DNA from: Octopus bimaculoides
Lineage: Eukaryota
Assembly (NCBI RefSeq): GCF_001194135.2
Contig: NC_068981.1
Location: 37,242,804-37,305,912 of the forward strand
DNA: 63,109 nucleotides
Direction: 5' to 3'
This document shows positions 23,981 through 35,481 of the stretch, piece by piece (position 1 is the first letter of the stretch; every line of letters begins with the position of its first letter). The notes below the pieces were generated by a model. The model worked only from the letters and a program-made list of their open reading frames with translations. It did not search any database and was not told where the DNA came from. The translations under genes were made by a program, and so were the position numbers.

Positions 23981-26964
23981 TATTGATTCTATGACCATTG
24001 TAAGCATAAAAGGTACTTTAAGGTGATCGTTTGCCAGCTAGGAATAGCAATCAAATCTCCCATGAATCACACAAACCATAATGTGATCCTGGATATATTG
24101 ACTGTAACAAAAAAAAAAACTTTAAAAAAATTGGGATAATCACAACTGCAAAATCTTTTTAGAGCTGTTTGATTAAAGTAACCTGGAGCTATATGATAAC
24201 AAGTCCAGTATTTACTTTTCTGGTATTGACTTGGGAAGAATAAAAGGCAAAGTTGACATCAGTGATAGTTGATCTCTTAGTGTCAAGTTCCTCAACTTAT
24301 TATCATGAAATAATGAAGTCTACAGTGATTTTGTCAAAGTATGGAAACCATGTCTATGATTTTAAGAAGGGAAAGAAATTCAAAGCTGTGCAGAATAGGA
24401 TCACTGATGGTTGCAGGTTAAATTAGAAAGTAATAGGCTTGTAACTACTATTGATTAACCACAGGTCAATCATGATACAGTTTACATAAAATCAAAAGAT
24501 GTTCCAACCAACAACATCGCAATATTTCAAGCATTGCTTTTCTTTTTTTTTTAGCTCCAGGCCAACTTTGATCAAGCAGAGCACTGACACTGCAGCCTTA
24601 AACATCCTCTCCCTTTTTATTATAAACCCTATTGAAACTTTATTGAATATTACACTGTCTAAATTAACCTCTAATACAGTAGGATGTGATTTGGGGGAAA
24701 TTGACTGGTACTTTTAATAGGTTGATTGAGGTTCTTTATTGGCTCATCAGCCTGGTAGATTTGGTAGTCATATTTTAATAAGATAGGATGTGATCTGAGG
24801 GAATTTAGCTGCTGTTTCTAACAAGCTTTTTAAGGTTCCTTATCAGCTCAATGGGCTGGCAGTTTATGAGTCAGTGATTCTGTGTTATCGTGTGTTAGCA
24901 GAAATAAAGTTTGAAATTGAAATGGATAGTGAATATCACAGATTTGTGCAGAGAATTAATACTTTAGGAAAATGGGTGAAGTATTCAGAAAAGTACTTGC
25001 TAACTATTTGTTTTATCAACTAAAGAAATGTGGAAAATGAAGTTGATAGGATGTGATTTGAAATCAGAACGTAAGGCCCTAGAAATAGATACTGTGGAAA
25101 ATAACTAATTAATTGAATTTTCTATCTTAATTGGAGAAAGAAAATATAAACCTAGTGGCAATTGTTCGGAACTCTGAAAAATGGAACAGAATTTAAAGAA
25201 ATCAAAATTAATTTCTCAAAGCTAATTTACATATTTAAGATAAAGAATGCTTGTTCTTTGATATGTTTCAGTCTGTTAGACCTCAATAGAAGAGCATAGT
25301 CTACTCAAATATATGGTAGAGTGGATTTTATGTTTTGGTGGTGAACCCAAGACCTACTTTTGCAGACCCTAGCTTCATTTCCTGGTTGGTCTCATTTAAT
25401 TTGTATTGCTAATGCTCCTGGGTAAAATATGAATAACAAAACTCCTATCCTTTATTAATTAATACTTGTGATAAAGATAATTCAGGAAATTGATTCCAAG
25501 TATAGAATTTGCTTGATATGAATATTGATCTGGTGCATTTTTTTGTAAACGTTCATGATGATAATATTTTTGTGATATGATATTACCAAACTTTCAGAGT
25601 AACCAAGTAAAATTCTTCAACTTTTGTAATTATATGAAGCACATTAAAAAAAAAGGGGGAGAAAAAAGCATTAAAAATGTATGAATTCAACCTAATGCAA
25701 AAAAATTATCTAAAGAATTTTTATTTATCAGCTCAGAGTCTTTAAACATAACCTCTCATCTATGTTTTCAAAATGAATGGTGAGGGGAGGAAATTAAAAA
25801 TAAAATATTCTAGAAAAAAAAATACATAGAAAATTTCAACCAGCATTTATAAAATTTCCCAAAGGAAAAAAAAATTAATAGTCTTTCAGTTTGTTTTTGT
25901 TTTTAATATTTCTCTAATATATTGATTTTTGTGGTGAAATTGGATGTGGTTATTTCTTTACATGATTATTTCAATTTCAGTTTAGAAAGATTATCACTTA
26001 CTTGTTGAAAGTAGCGATAGCATATAGTTTCAACAAGAAAATTTGAAGACTTCTTTCAAGTCTAATTTTTATATTTATTACCGTGTTTTTGCTAATGATT
26101 TATTCTCTTTTTCTTTTCCAAAATAATAAAACCAATAAAAGATGGCCCCAAATAATATATTTCTTTGGGGAATAATATTCTCATAGGTACTTAAACCATG
26201 AACCAAAGTAACAAGTTTAAAGCATTAACAAGTTTTGTTTTAACTTATGTTTTGAAGACAAAAAGAAATTAATTATATTTATTGCTGCTATACTGGTAGA
26301 TATTAATAATTATGTGCTTGCTATAAATTCGTTAAATTGGCAAGTTGTAATGCAGTAAATACAGTTCAATAAAAATACACAACAGATAAACTAAACTTGA
26401 ATTTTAAACATAATCCTAGACAAAGCTTTTTAACTCTTATGTTCACAAAATATTAAATTTCTCTACTAATAAAACAAAATAGTTTTAAAAGTATTTTTAG
26501 AACTATCATCTTCAGTGGCTTCTTTGAACTACATCAAAACCAAATATAGTTTTCTGAAGTACAAAACTTCTAAGATAAACATACAGCATATATGGGCATA
26601 TGTATAGTTATTATAGAATAATTTACTGAAATTACTCAGGGCTTCCATCTTACAAATAGAACAATAGTCAAGTAAGAGTTCATGTATGAAATATTATGAG
26701 TATTAAAAAGCTAATGCAAAGTAATTATTGGTGAGGAAAAAACAATATTAGTTAACGACTAATACTGTTTTAATTATTGTGACATGTGCAATAATATACA
26801 TCTACTTAGTATTTTTTTTCAGTAAGTGTAGTGAAGTTCCTGCTTTGCCTTGAAATCTCCTAACAATGCTGAGACATATCTGGAGTTGTCTCAAGATTTG
26901 AGGAGATTGTTGTCACCAAACTGCAAGTTGACATTCCTGCTGATTAAATTAGCATATACTAACT

Positions 26965-27049
26965 CAGTGGTTCCCAACCTGTGGTCTGTGGACCCCTGGT
27001 GGTCTGCAAAGATAGTACTGGGGGCCCGTGAACTAAATTCAATGCTTCT

Positions 27050-27095
<46 letters not shown>

Positions 27096-27164
27096 CATAA
27101 GGATGAGCATATTAAAAGGGGTCAGTGGGAAAACTCATTTAAATAAAAGGGTTGGGAACCACCG
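26965..27164. mobile_element. hAT-type MITE
   Basis: TIRs CAGTGGTTCCCAACCT and AGGGTTGGGAACCACCG. Imperfect 8-bp flanks TACTAACT/CAATAACT. Internal (TA)n. Confidence 0.85.
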
Positions 27165-27319
27165 CAATAACTTGACAACAACTACAACAATAATATCACT
27201 CCTTCTCTAATTTTATCTTTTCCTCATGATGTAATTATTTCTTGTTAGTTTTGCAATATATACTGTTATACATTGTGTTATTAACTATTGTTTATGTAGT
27301 GTCTCTGAGGAATTTCTTC

Positions 27320-27878
27320 AAGCGAGACCATAACCCGTGGGTGTAACCAGCCCACTTATGCGTACCTTTCCTTCATTGGACACTAAACTATGCTTGCAAA
27401 AACCTGTTGAGGCAAGCGAAATCGAAATTAAATCAAATTCGATGACTGGCACCTGTGCCAGTGGAGCACTAACAGCACCATCTGAGCGTGATCATTACCA
27501 GAGCAGCTGTCTGGCTTCCGTACCAGTGGCATGTAAAAAATACCATTTGAGCGTGATCATTACCAGCAAGTGAAAAAACATTCAAGTTAGGTCGTTGCCA
27601 GTGCCGCTGGACTGGCTCCTGTGCAGGTGGCACGTAAAAACACTATTTGAGCGTGGCTATTGCCAGTACCACGTGACTGACCCTCGTGCCAGTGACACGT
27701 AAAAGCATCCACTACACTCTCGGAGTCGTTGGCGTTAGGAAGGGTATCCAGCTGTAGAAACTCTCTCAGATCAGACTGGAGCCTGGTGCAGCCAACTGGT
27801 TTGCCAGTCCTCGGTCAACCCATGCTAGCATGGAAAACGGACGTTAAACGGTGATGATAATGATGATTATGATGATGT
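27320..27878 (+). mobile_element. Non-autonomous RTE-derived element with ~63-bp internal minisatellite
   Basis: Head GTAACCAGCCCACTTATGCGTACCTTT, 4-5 GTGCCAGTGGCACGTAAAAA-type units, and tail GGCGTTAGGAAGGGTATCCAGC...CATGCTAGCATGGAAAACGGACGTTAAACG(GAT)n. Confidence 0.8.
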
Positions 27879-28960
27879 TACTTTCCACACCTACTTATGT
27901 ATAGTATTGTGCTCCTACAAAGTGTATCTATTGTCGCTGTGGCAGCTGGTATTGTGAATTCTGTGTTTTTCTGAGGAGAATTAATAAAACCAAGAATTCT
28001 TTGGAATTCTCTTCTGCACTTGCCAGAATAATTAAAATAACATGAACCATTGACAGATGTAGTAATTTATTATTTTAAACTTTCCTTTTAACTGTCCATG
28101 CATTACACATGATAATCATTAACTTGACTTACTCTAAAGTTATTAATTCAATGATTCAAAACAGTTTTATTTTACACTGATTTTGTGGGACTTGATCTGC
28201 CTATTTGATGCCTGCTTCCATTTGTTTTCTTGCTTAAACGGTTAACTATAGAAAGAGCATCTTTTTTCAATATTCTGTAAAAAAGCAAAAAGTTTCTCTA
28301 ACAAATACAAATGTTCAAATTTATCTTGAACTGCAAAAAAAAAAAAATCTCCATTTCTTCCCTCATAAGGGATGAAATGAATTCTGTTTGTTGGTTGTAG
28401 TTAAAGCAATGATATAATGAATTAGGTTTTTTCTCTTATAGATATTTGTTTACTTTTTGAAGAGATGAGTAAAAGAATAGCTAATGATCTTGTTCTCGCA
28501 TAACTTTATAATGAATGGATAATAATAAAGATGAAGTAGGTAACTAGGTCGAATACCTTATAGACTGAAATCAGAAGAGATCATTTGTTTGGAAATAATG
28601 GTAAATATGAATAAAGACATTATTTATTATTTATTCTGAGGATAGACAATCTTCATTGTTATAGGTGTGTAGCTGGAAGGGAAATGAGACCTGAAAGATA
28701 AAGTTCTAAGACTATCTAATTATGTAAAAGAAGACATGACACAATGTTTAGTATCGGATATTAGCATGTGATTGAGTGTGTTCATAGAAGAGAGTTATTC
28801 AACTACAAGGAAAGATATAAATCAGAAATTCAAATGGTTCGAGGCTATTGTCAGAGTATTAGATTAAACAGAATGAGTATGAAATCTGACAATGGGAAAA
28901 TGACAAGTATTACTGAATGAAAGCTTGTCTATCATATATCTATGTGTATGTCTTTTGCAG

Positions 28961-28999
28961 CATTGACTATGAGTGTATGTTCTTCTTGATTAGTTCCAG
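28961..28999 (+). CDS. Candidate small exon (phase 2 to 2)
   Basis: Acceptor TATGTCTTTTGCAG, donor CAG/GTTAAT, frame IDYECMFFLISS. Adjacent to a decayed repeat, so doubtful. Confidence 0.15.
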
Positions 29000-29326
29000 G
29001 TTAATTCAAATGCATTCCAACCATGACTGTTTAGTTTCTATATGATCATCTAGGACCACATTATATAATGTGTTTTATCTTCATTCAAGATGGATAAAAA
29101 AACAAACAAAACAGAACCTGCACCCAGACTAACTCTATTCCACACCACATACAAACTAAGCAAACCCAAACCAAATCCACAATCTATAAATACAGCACCG
29201 ATCTGGAATTTGTCACAAAATGAAACTACTGTAAAATTTGATGCATTTTAATTTTCAGTTTTTTTCAAGTAAATCTGTAGTATGTAGTACCCCCACCACT
29301 AAGTCATATGCAAATATATAAACATA

Positions 29327-29368
<42 letters not shown>

Positions 29369-29807
29369 TGTGTGTGCCTGTGTGTGTGCCTCTGTGTGGG
29401 TGTGTATTTGTGAATGTATGCGCGTGTGTGTGAGCATGTATGTGTATAAATTCCCATTGAAAATGAATATATTTGTTTTGGTTTGTTTGAAATTGCGTCA
29501 CTCAAATATAGCTTGAACAGATGAGATTTCTTGGTGTTGTAGCAAAGCAGGAACATAATTAAATCTCAGAAGATTAAATTGACTGGGGTTGACTTAATCG
29601 ATTTATTAACTCCCCTGAAATTGCTGACCTTGTGCCAAAATTTGAAACCAATATTCTTAATTTCATTTGAATTTGGTTATCTTCTAAAATGACTTATCTT
29701 TATATGACCCAATGCTTCAAATGAACTAATACATACATACATCCATACATACATACACATACCCTCACACACACACGTATATATATATGTATGTATATAT
29801 CATCATA

Positions 29808-30018
29808 ATCATCATTTAACGTCTGTTGTCCATGCTGGCATGGGCTGGATGCTTTGACTAGGGCTGATAAGCTGGAAGGCTGCACCAGACTTCAGTCTCA
29901 TTCGGCATGGTTTTCTACAGAAGGATGTCGTTCCTAATGCCAACCATTCCGAGAGTGTAATGGGTATGGTTGCACATAAAAGTACCCATTACACTCTCGC
30001 AGTGGCTGACATCAGGAA
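29808..30018 (-). mobile_element. RTE-derived element 3' part with foldback duplication
   Basis: Family tail on the minus strand at 29808-29966, then an inverted partial copy at 29983-30018. Confidence 0.75.
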
Positions 30019-30034
30019 GATATATATATATATA

Positions 30035-30558
30035 TAAGGATAAGATCTTTATTTAAAATACCGATCTTATCAGGTGGCCATCATGGAAATAAAAACCTCA
30101 AAAGGTAATAATTATTATTAAAATTATAATTAAGGGTATCTATGAGATACCACCATGCTTGAAATAGCACCCAAAACTTGACTCTAAAACCACATTAAAT
30201 GTTCATACAGCACCAGGAGAGAAGACAAAGAGACAAAATGAACCAACAAAAAATTACTGGATAATTCCAGATCCCGGATTTCTGGCTCTGCATAAGAAAT
30301 GCTCTGCCTTCATCAGTGGAATATACTCAGATAGCACAGAAATACAAATATATATATATATATACTACATATGAATATTGACATATACGAACGTATATAT
30401 ATATATACATATATGCACGTATGCACACGACCAGTTTAAAATGCCAGCCTAAAACTCCTCGTGCGATATGGTCAAAATACAACCGTAGTGAATATAACGA
30501 CAAAATAAATATATAAATAAGGATAAGATCGTTATTCAAAATACCGATCAGGTGGCCA
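30035..30558 (-). mobile_element. Hammerhead-containing unit bounded by ~41-46-bp direct repeats
   Basis: TAAGGATAAGATC.TTATT.AAAATACCGAT(CTTAT)CAGGTGGCCA occurs at 30035-30080 and 30518-30558. Hammerhead at 30264-30322. Confidence 0.55.
30264..30322 (-). ncRNA. Type I hammerhead ribozyme motif
   Basis: Minus strand ATTCCA-CTGATGA-AGGC...GCAT TTCTT ATGC...GCCA-GAAA-TCCGGGAT-C-TGGAAT. 6-bp stem I, canonical core, AUC cleavage triplet. The closing pair of stem II is an A-A mismatch. Confidence 0.7.
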
Positions 30559-30652
30559 ACAATTCCGGTGTGCTAACAATTCTACCAGCTCATTGCCATG
30601 AATTTGCTATTAAGAATGTCAAAAATTATATTCGAAATAAGGAGTTAAAAAC

Positions 30653-30692
30653 AAGATATCTGATGAATACTAGTCGATGAAACTAAAATCTT
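30653..30692 (+). ncRNA. Degenerate hammerhead-like motif
   Basis: AAGATAT-CTGATGA-ATACTAGTCGAT-GAAA-CT-A-AAATCTT. Stem I pairs 6/7, but stems II and III are poor. Confidence 0.35.
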
Positions 30693-31778
30693 TCGGTACA
30701 AGAGGCAAATGTCAAAGTAAGTCCATTTGCAGGTACTCCCGTTTGCAGATTCTCATATCTAACAGTGCTAAAATTGAATAGGTTTGCTCTATTATAAGTT
30801 CTCATACTGAAGGGACCATACAGAGAAGACGTCCGTAAGGGATTAGGCTATGCATAGAGCCTATGTCAGTTACCATGAGACTTTAATGTAGTCTCTCAGC
30901 CAGCTATTTTATGTCATGTCTAAAGTCTTAAAAACGAGAAGAGCATATTGGTAGAGTTATCTGAGATATGTCTTGTTTTGAAAAGTAAAAAATACAGGAT
31001 GGCCCTGATTGAAATACTTTTTAATAGGAGTCTACTTCACTAGAGGTGATGCAGGTTTAAATGTTATATCAGGGATCTGAAATGAAACTAATTCAGCACT
31101 GTACAGGTGGGAATGGTGATAAGTCTATCCATCATTTGAAAGATACTGAATTTGAGACTTACCCAAGGTTGCCTTAATTCAGCTGTGGTTCCAGCCATGA
31201 TATCCCATTTTTCCAATATAAAATATAACTACATTATCATAAACTTCTTCATTTTTAATAAAGAGTGTAGAATACGATTCTAAAAAAAATCTGACTGCTA
31301 TTTCTAGCAGATTCTATGAACATAAATGTATTCCTGCAGTAAATATCTGGGTAGGATATTTTGTCTTTTTCTATATCAAGGAGAAATATATTGTCTGTAG
31401 AAATAAAGATTGAAATGTAAATCGAAATCGAATTTTACAGGCTTGTATACAGAAGCACTACTTACCGAATTACATGAGTATAGGAGTGGGTGGTTGTAGA
31501 ATTCAGGAAAGTTTGATGAAATTCATTTGGCTACAGGACAAAATCTTTGGTTGCAGTCATAAAGAATTCAGAACTAACAGAGAGTGTGTCATGCAAAGGC
31601 ACTTTTTACAGTTTTCAATGATACTCTTGCACGAACAGAACTTGGAAATGAATGCCTTCCAGCCATTATCGATGATAAATTACTTCCAGTTATTTTAGGG
31701 TGTGATATTTTTTGTATGGCAACAACACAGTCTCCACTGAACCATTTGAGGGGTGTTGCTAGATTATAAGCTAAGTAG

Positions 31779-31782
<4 letters not shown>

Positions 31783-31854
<72 letters not shown>

Positions 31855-32152
31855 TCTCTCTCTCGCACACACATACATACACATTCACACACACGCACGC
31901 ACTCATATATATGTACATATATATGCATATATGTGTGTAACTGTATCTGCATATATACTTATATAAATATGTATTTACATATATACTTATATATGTATGT
32001 AAGTATGGAAGCATGCATGTGTGTACGCATGCATGTTGGAATATATGTATTTTTGTAATATCTATATCATATATCTTTGTGTTGTAATCATATGTAACAG
32101 ACCATTTTACGTTCACCTTTTTCCGTTTTGCAACTTTTCTCGTGTCAGACAA

Positions 32153-32191
<39 letters not shown>

Positions 32192-32217
32192 GTTGTTGTT
32201 GTTGTTGTTTTTGTTAA

Positions 32218-32250
<33 letters not shown>
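31783..32250. repeat. (CT)n, (CA)/(TA) and (ATT)/(GTT) microsatellites
   Basis: Seen directly. Explains ORFs 31589-32322. Confidence 0.9.
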
Positions 32251-32251
<1 letters not shown>

Positions 32252-32885
32252 AAAACGAAAATTAATGGACTGTAAAGTTCCATGAGAAATTGCCAGGCTG
32301 TAGAAACTGCACAGAGGGACAAGAATTATTCCTCAAGGCAATAATTTGGTTTAATAATCCTTCACATTCCACTGCTCATTGGTCAATATAGAACGTCTCA
32401 TTTACCACAGATTTTCGCCAACCTTTTCAATGCACAGATGTCACAGCTTAAGGTGGAAAAGAGATGAATATAAAAAAAAAACATTCAAATTTAGGAAGAG
32501 AGAGAAAATCATACAGAAAAGAGAATTACAAAAAAAGGAGAGATTGTTTTTTTTACTTTCTAAATTCTCCAATTTCCTTCACATTCTATAAGATCTTTAC
32601 TCACATCCCTGACATAAACGTAATATAAAAAACATATTTTAGTAATATATATATATACACATACATACATACATACATATGTGTGTATATAATTTAAATG
32701 TCTGTAAAAGTGTATGGCAGCTAAGTAATATTAGCGAACACATAAAAGTATAGATATATCTGCTATCTTCGATATTGAATACATGTATGTGCGCATATGC
32801 ACACACAACCTTTATATACTCATTTGACATACTCATAAAATATCTGTATGTCTATATATGTATGTGTATGTGTAAATGTGCGTAC

Positions 32886-32947
<62 letters not shown>

Positions 32948-33109
32948 TACATATATATATATATTTATGTATTTATACATACACACATGCATACGTACAT
33001 CATACACATATATTACGCATGTATTTATATGCATACGTGCATACAGACACGCATACGTGCATGCATGCATGCATACATATACATACATATACATATATAT
33101 ATACATATA

Positions 33110-33159
<50 letters not shown>

Positions 33160-33289
33160 TACATAAATATATGTGTTTATGTTACGTATAAATATATTTG
33201 TTTTTTTCTTTCAAAATTAATAGTAGCTTTACAGTCTTGAATTTGAAGACAAGACTGTCTTACGATTTGTTATGTCTCGACAAACTTTA

Positions 33290-34860
33290 CTATCTATTGC
33301 AGTTAGGTATTTCAAAATTTCTCGACAAATTTTCCCCTGTGGAGGAATTCAATATTCAGCTTGGCACTGCCTACCTAATATCGTGTTATGTATTCTCACA
33401 GTTGGTAAAATGGGCTCAAATGGACTACAGCTCTTCTTCTCACTCAGCAAAAAACAATTTTACAACCACCTAACCACTTTTGCAACATGTCAAACACCAT
33501 AAAACATCAAGGGTGTGTTCCAGGTCCAAGAGCTGGCTTGTGAACGATTATATCATGAAAAGGAAACGAATTGTGAAGGAATATCGCATCAAACACTCAC
33601 TTCATTACCACCTGTTATCGTTCAGTTCATGCGCTTCTCTTTGCCTCTTCGAAAAACGCCTGGTAAATTTTAATTATCATTAAAAGAATCAACGTTCTGT
33701 CCCTGAAATCCAGCGATAAGAAGAAAGAGCTATCCGGGGAGACTTGAATGCGTTCCTAATTCAGTCAGATGTTAGTTAGCTTTGAAGCCCCTTAGAAATC
33801 CTTCTGAGATATCTACTCTGCCTCATTTGAAATCATTGGATTCCCAGTTAGGAAACATCAAGACTGTGTCGATAATAAAGGTACGAAATAAAGGTACGAA
33901 AACTCAACTTCTCATGAGAAAATGTACAATTCACATGAAGTGTAGATTAACAACAACTCTTCCTTCAAAAAGAAACCATATAAAAAATGCAAAAGGTGGG
34001 GTCAAATTACTAGCACGAGAATGGAGCAATCCTAGTAGCCGGTTAAACATGTCAAACTCCTGTATGCCTTTAACAGAAAGGATGTCAAGGTCTTCCACGA
34101 GATTTTGAAACAGTGCATGTCCGATGGAAGATGGCATCCGTCTCATACTCTCTTTTGATATTCTCGCTGATAAGAAATGTATTCTATCATATTGGTTTGT
34201 ACAATTTGAAGTTGTTTTTAATAACAACTCTCCAATCAATGACAGCATAATTATCTCTGTCCCTTAAAAAACCAGAAATACTTTAGATGTCCTGTCGAGT
34301 ATGCTTCAAAGAAATCCAGGACACTTTTAAACAACTCTTTTGAGCAAGATTCCTAGAAAAGGTGGCATACTTCCTTAAATTTACAAGTTCGGGGATAAGA
34401 GGCGGGCGCAAAAACTCTTTGTGGTATTTAAATTTCCTTTAGAAGGCTGATCAGCTTCTCTGGAACTACAGTGACGCTTACATAAAACATTTCTTAAAAA
34501 ACGCTGGTAGGAAAGTTGTTTGCAACATCCCACGCAGCATGATTCTCCATTCTATGGTTGGCAAGATCTTCACTCGCATCATTTTGAATAAAATAATCAT
34601 TTATCTCATAAATGACATTTACTCTGAATCACAAAATTTTTCTTGAATAGGTCGAGGGGCAACTGATATAATTTCTACTCTTCATCGCGTAACTGAAAAA
34701 TATTCTGGAAAAAATCAAGAACATTATATGGTCTTCGTCGATCTAACTCAACCTTTGACAAGGTAGACAAAAACAGCTTGTGATGGTCCGAAAAATCTTG
34801 GGAAACCTAACAACATGCAGGATGTCATCCTATATCATAACAGAATGAAACATCTGCCAT
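33290..34860 (+). pseudogene. RTE (BovB-like) LINE remnant, APE to early RT
   Basis: VGKMGSNGLQL, QHVKHHKTSRVCSRSKSWLVNDYI, IIGFPVRKHQD, MVGKIFTRIILN, YSESQN, GRGATDII, HYMVFVDLT. Many frameshifts. Confidence 0.8.
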
Positions 34861-35139
34861 TCACGATTTTGTTCACAAATATGCGGATTCGCATTGTGGG
34901 ACAAAATTTCCAATTCTAAACAATTCACTAAATGTAGCATTAAGGGCGTTGAATCATTTCTTGTTTAAACGTAATTCAGAGAAGCTGGTTGAATAAGCAG
35001 AGTACATGTGCTGCCAGACGACCTAAACTATTGGAAAAACTTCGAGGTCACTTTCAATAAAATCATTATATCTTTATAGCAAGCCTACTGTGTAAACAGT
35101 CATCGTAAATTCGGTAACTATTTCTTATACTCTTACCTT

Positions 35140-35480
35140 TCTTATTTTCTTTTCTTTCTCATTGACAAAGAGTAAATCCAGTCTGCATTTCTGGGTGTCA
35201 GAAGTTTTATAGATGTTAAATTTCATAGAATTGGTAGCGAGTGCCTGGTCTTGTGCAGCAATGATCAGGCTTTCGGTGTCACGCTTCAAATCACCTCGCT
35301 CAAGCCATGCCCACGATCTTGTATTATCCTTAACGTCCTGTCATTCCTTTCAAACTGTCCATGCATTCTCATTTGAAGAAAGTCTTCTTTTCTCTTTTCC
35401 TCAGTTCTTTGGTTAAACTCTTCCTTGCCCATAATTTCATCTGCATTTACATCCATATCTTTCGCGGCATATTGCAGATC
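35140..35480 (-). pseudogene. R4/Dong-like LINE remnant with internal deletion
   Basis: RMHGQFER...SWAWLERGDLKRDTESLIIAAQDQALATNSMKFNIYKTSDTQKCRL is joined directly to DLLFVNEKEKKI (RLE start). Confidence 0.75.
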
Positions 35481-35481
35481 A

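Noticed and set aside
27330-27425. HDV-like ribozyme in the RTE-derived head
   Set aside because: A P4-like GCTTGC/GCAAGC helix and a short GGTGT/ACACT pairing exist, but the P1.1 GG is missing and the second copy (13000-13100) does not conserve the fold.
31140-31240. Minus-strand exon with a strong TGG/GTAAGT donor
   Set aside because: It overlaps a decayed dispersed repeat (TTCCAGCCATGA..ATCCC), and the acceptor is weak.
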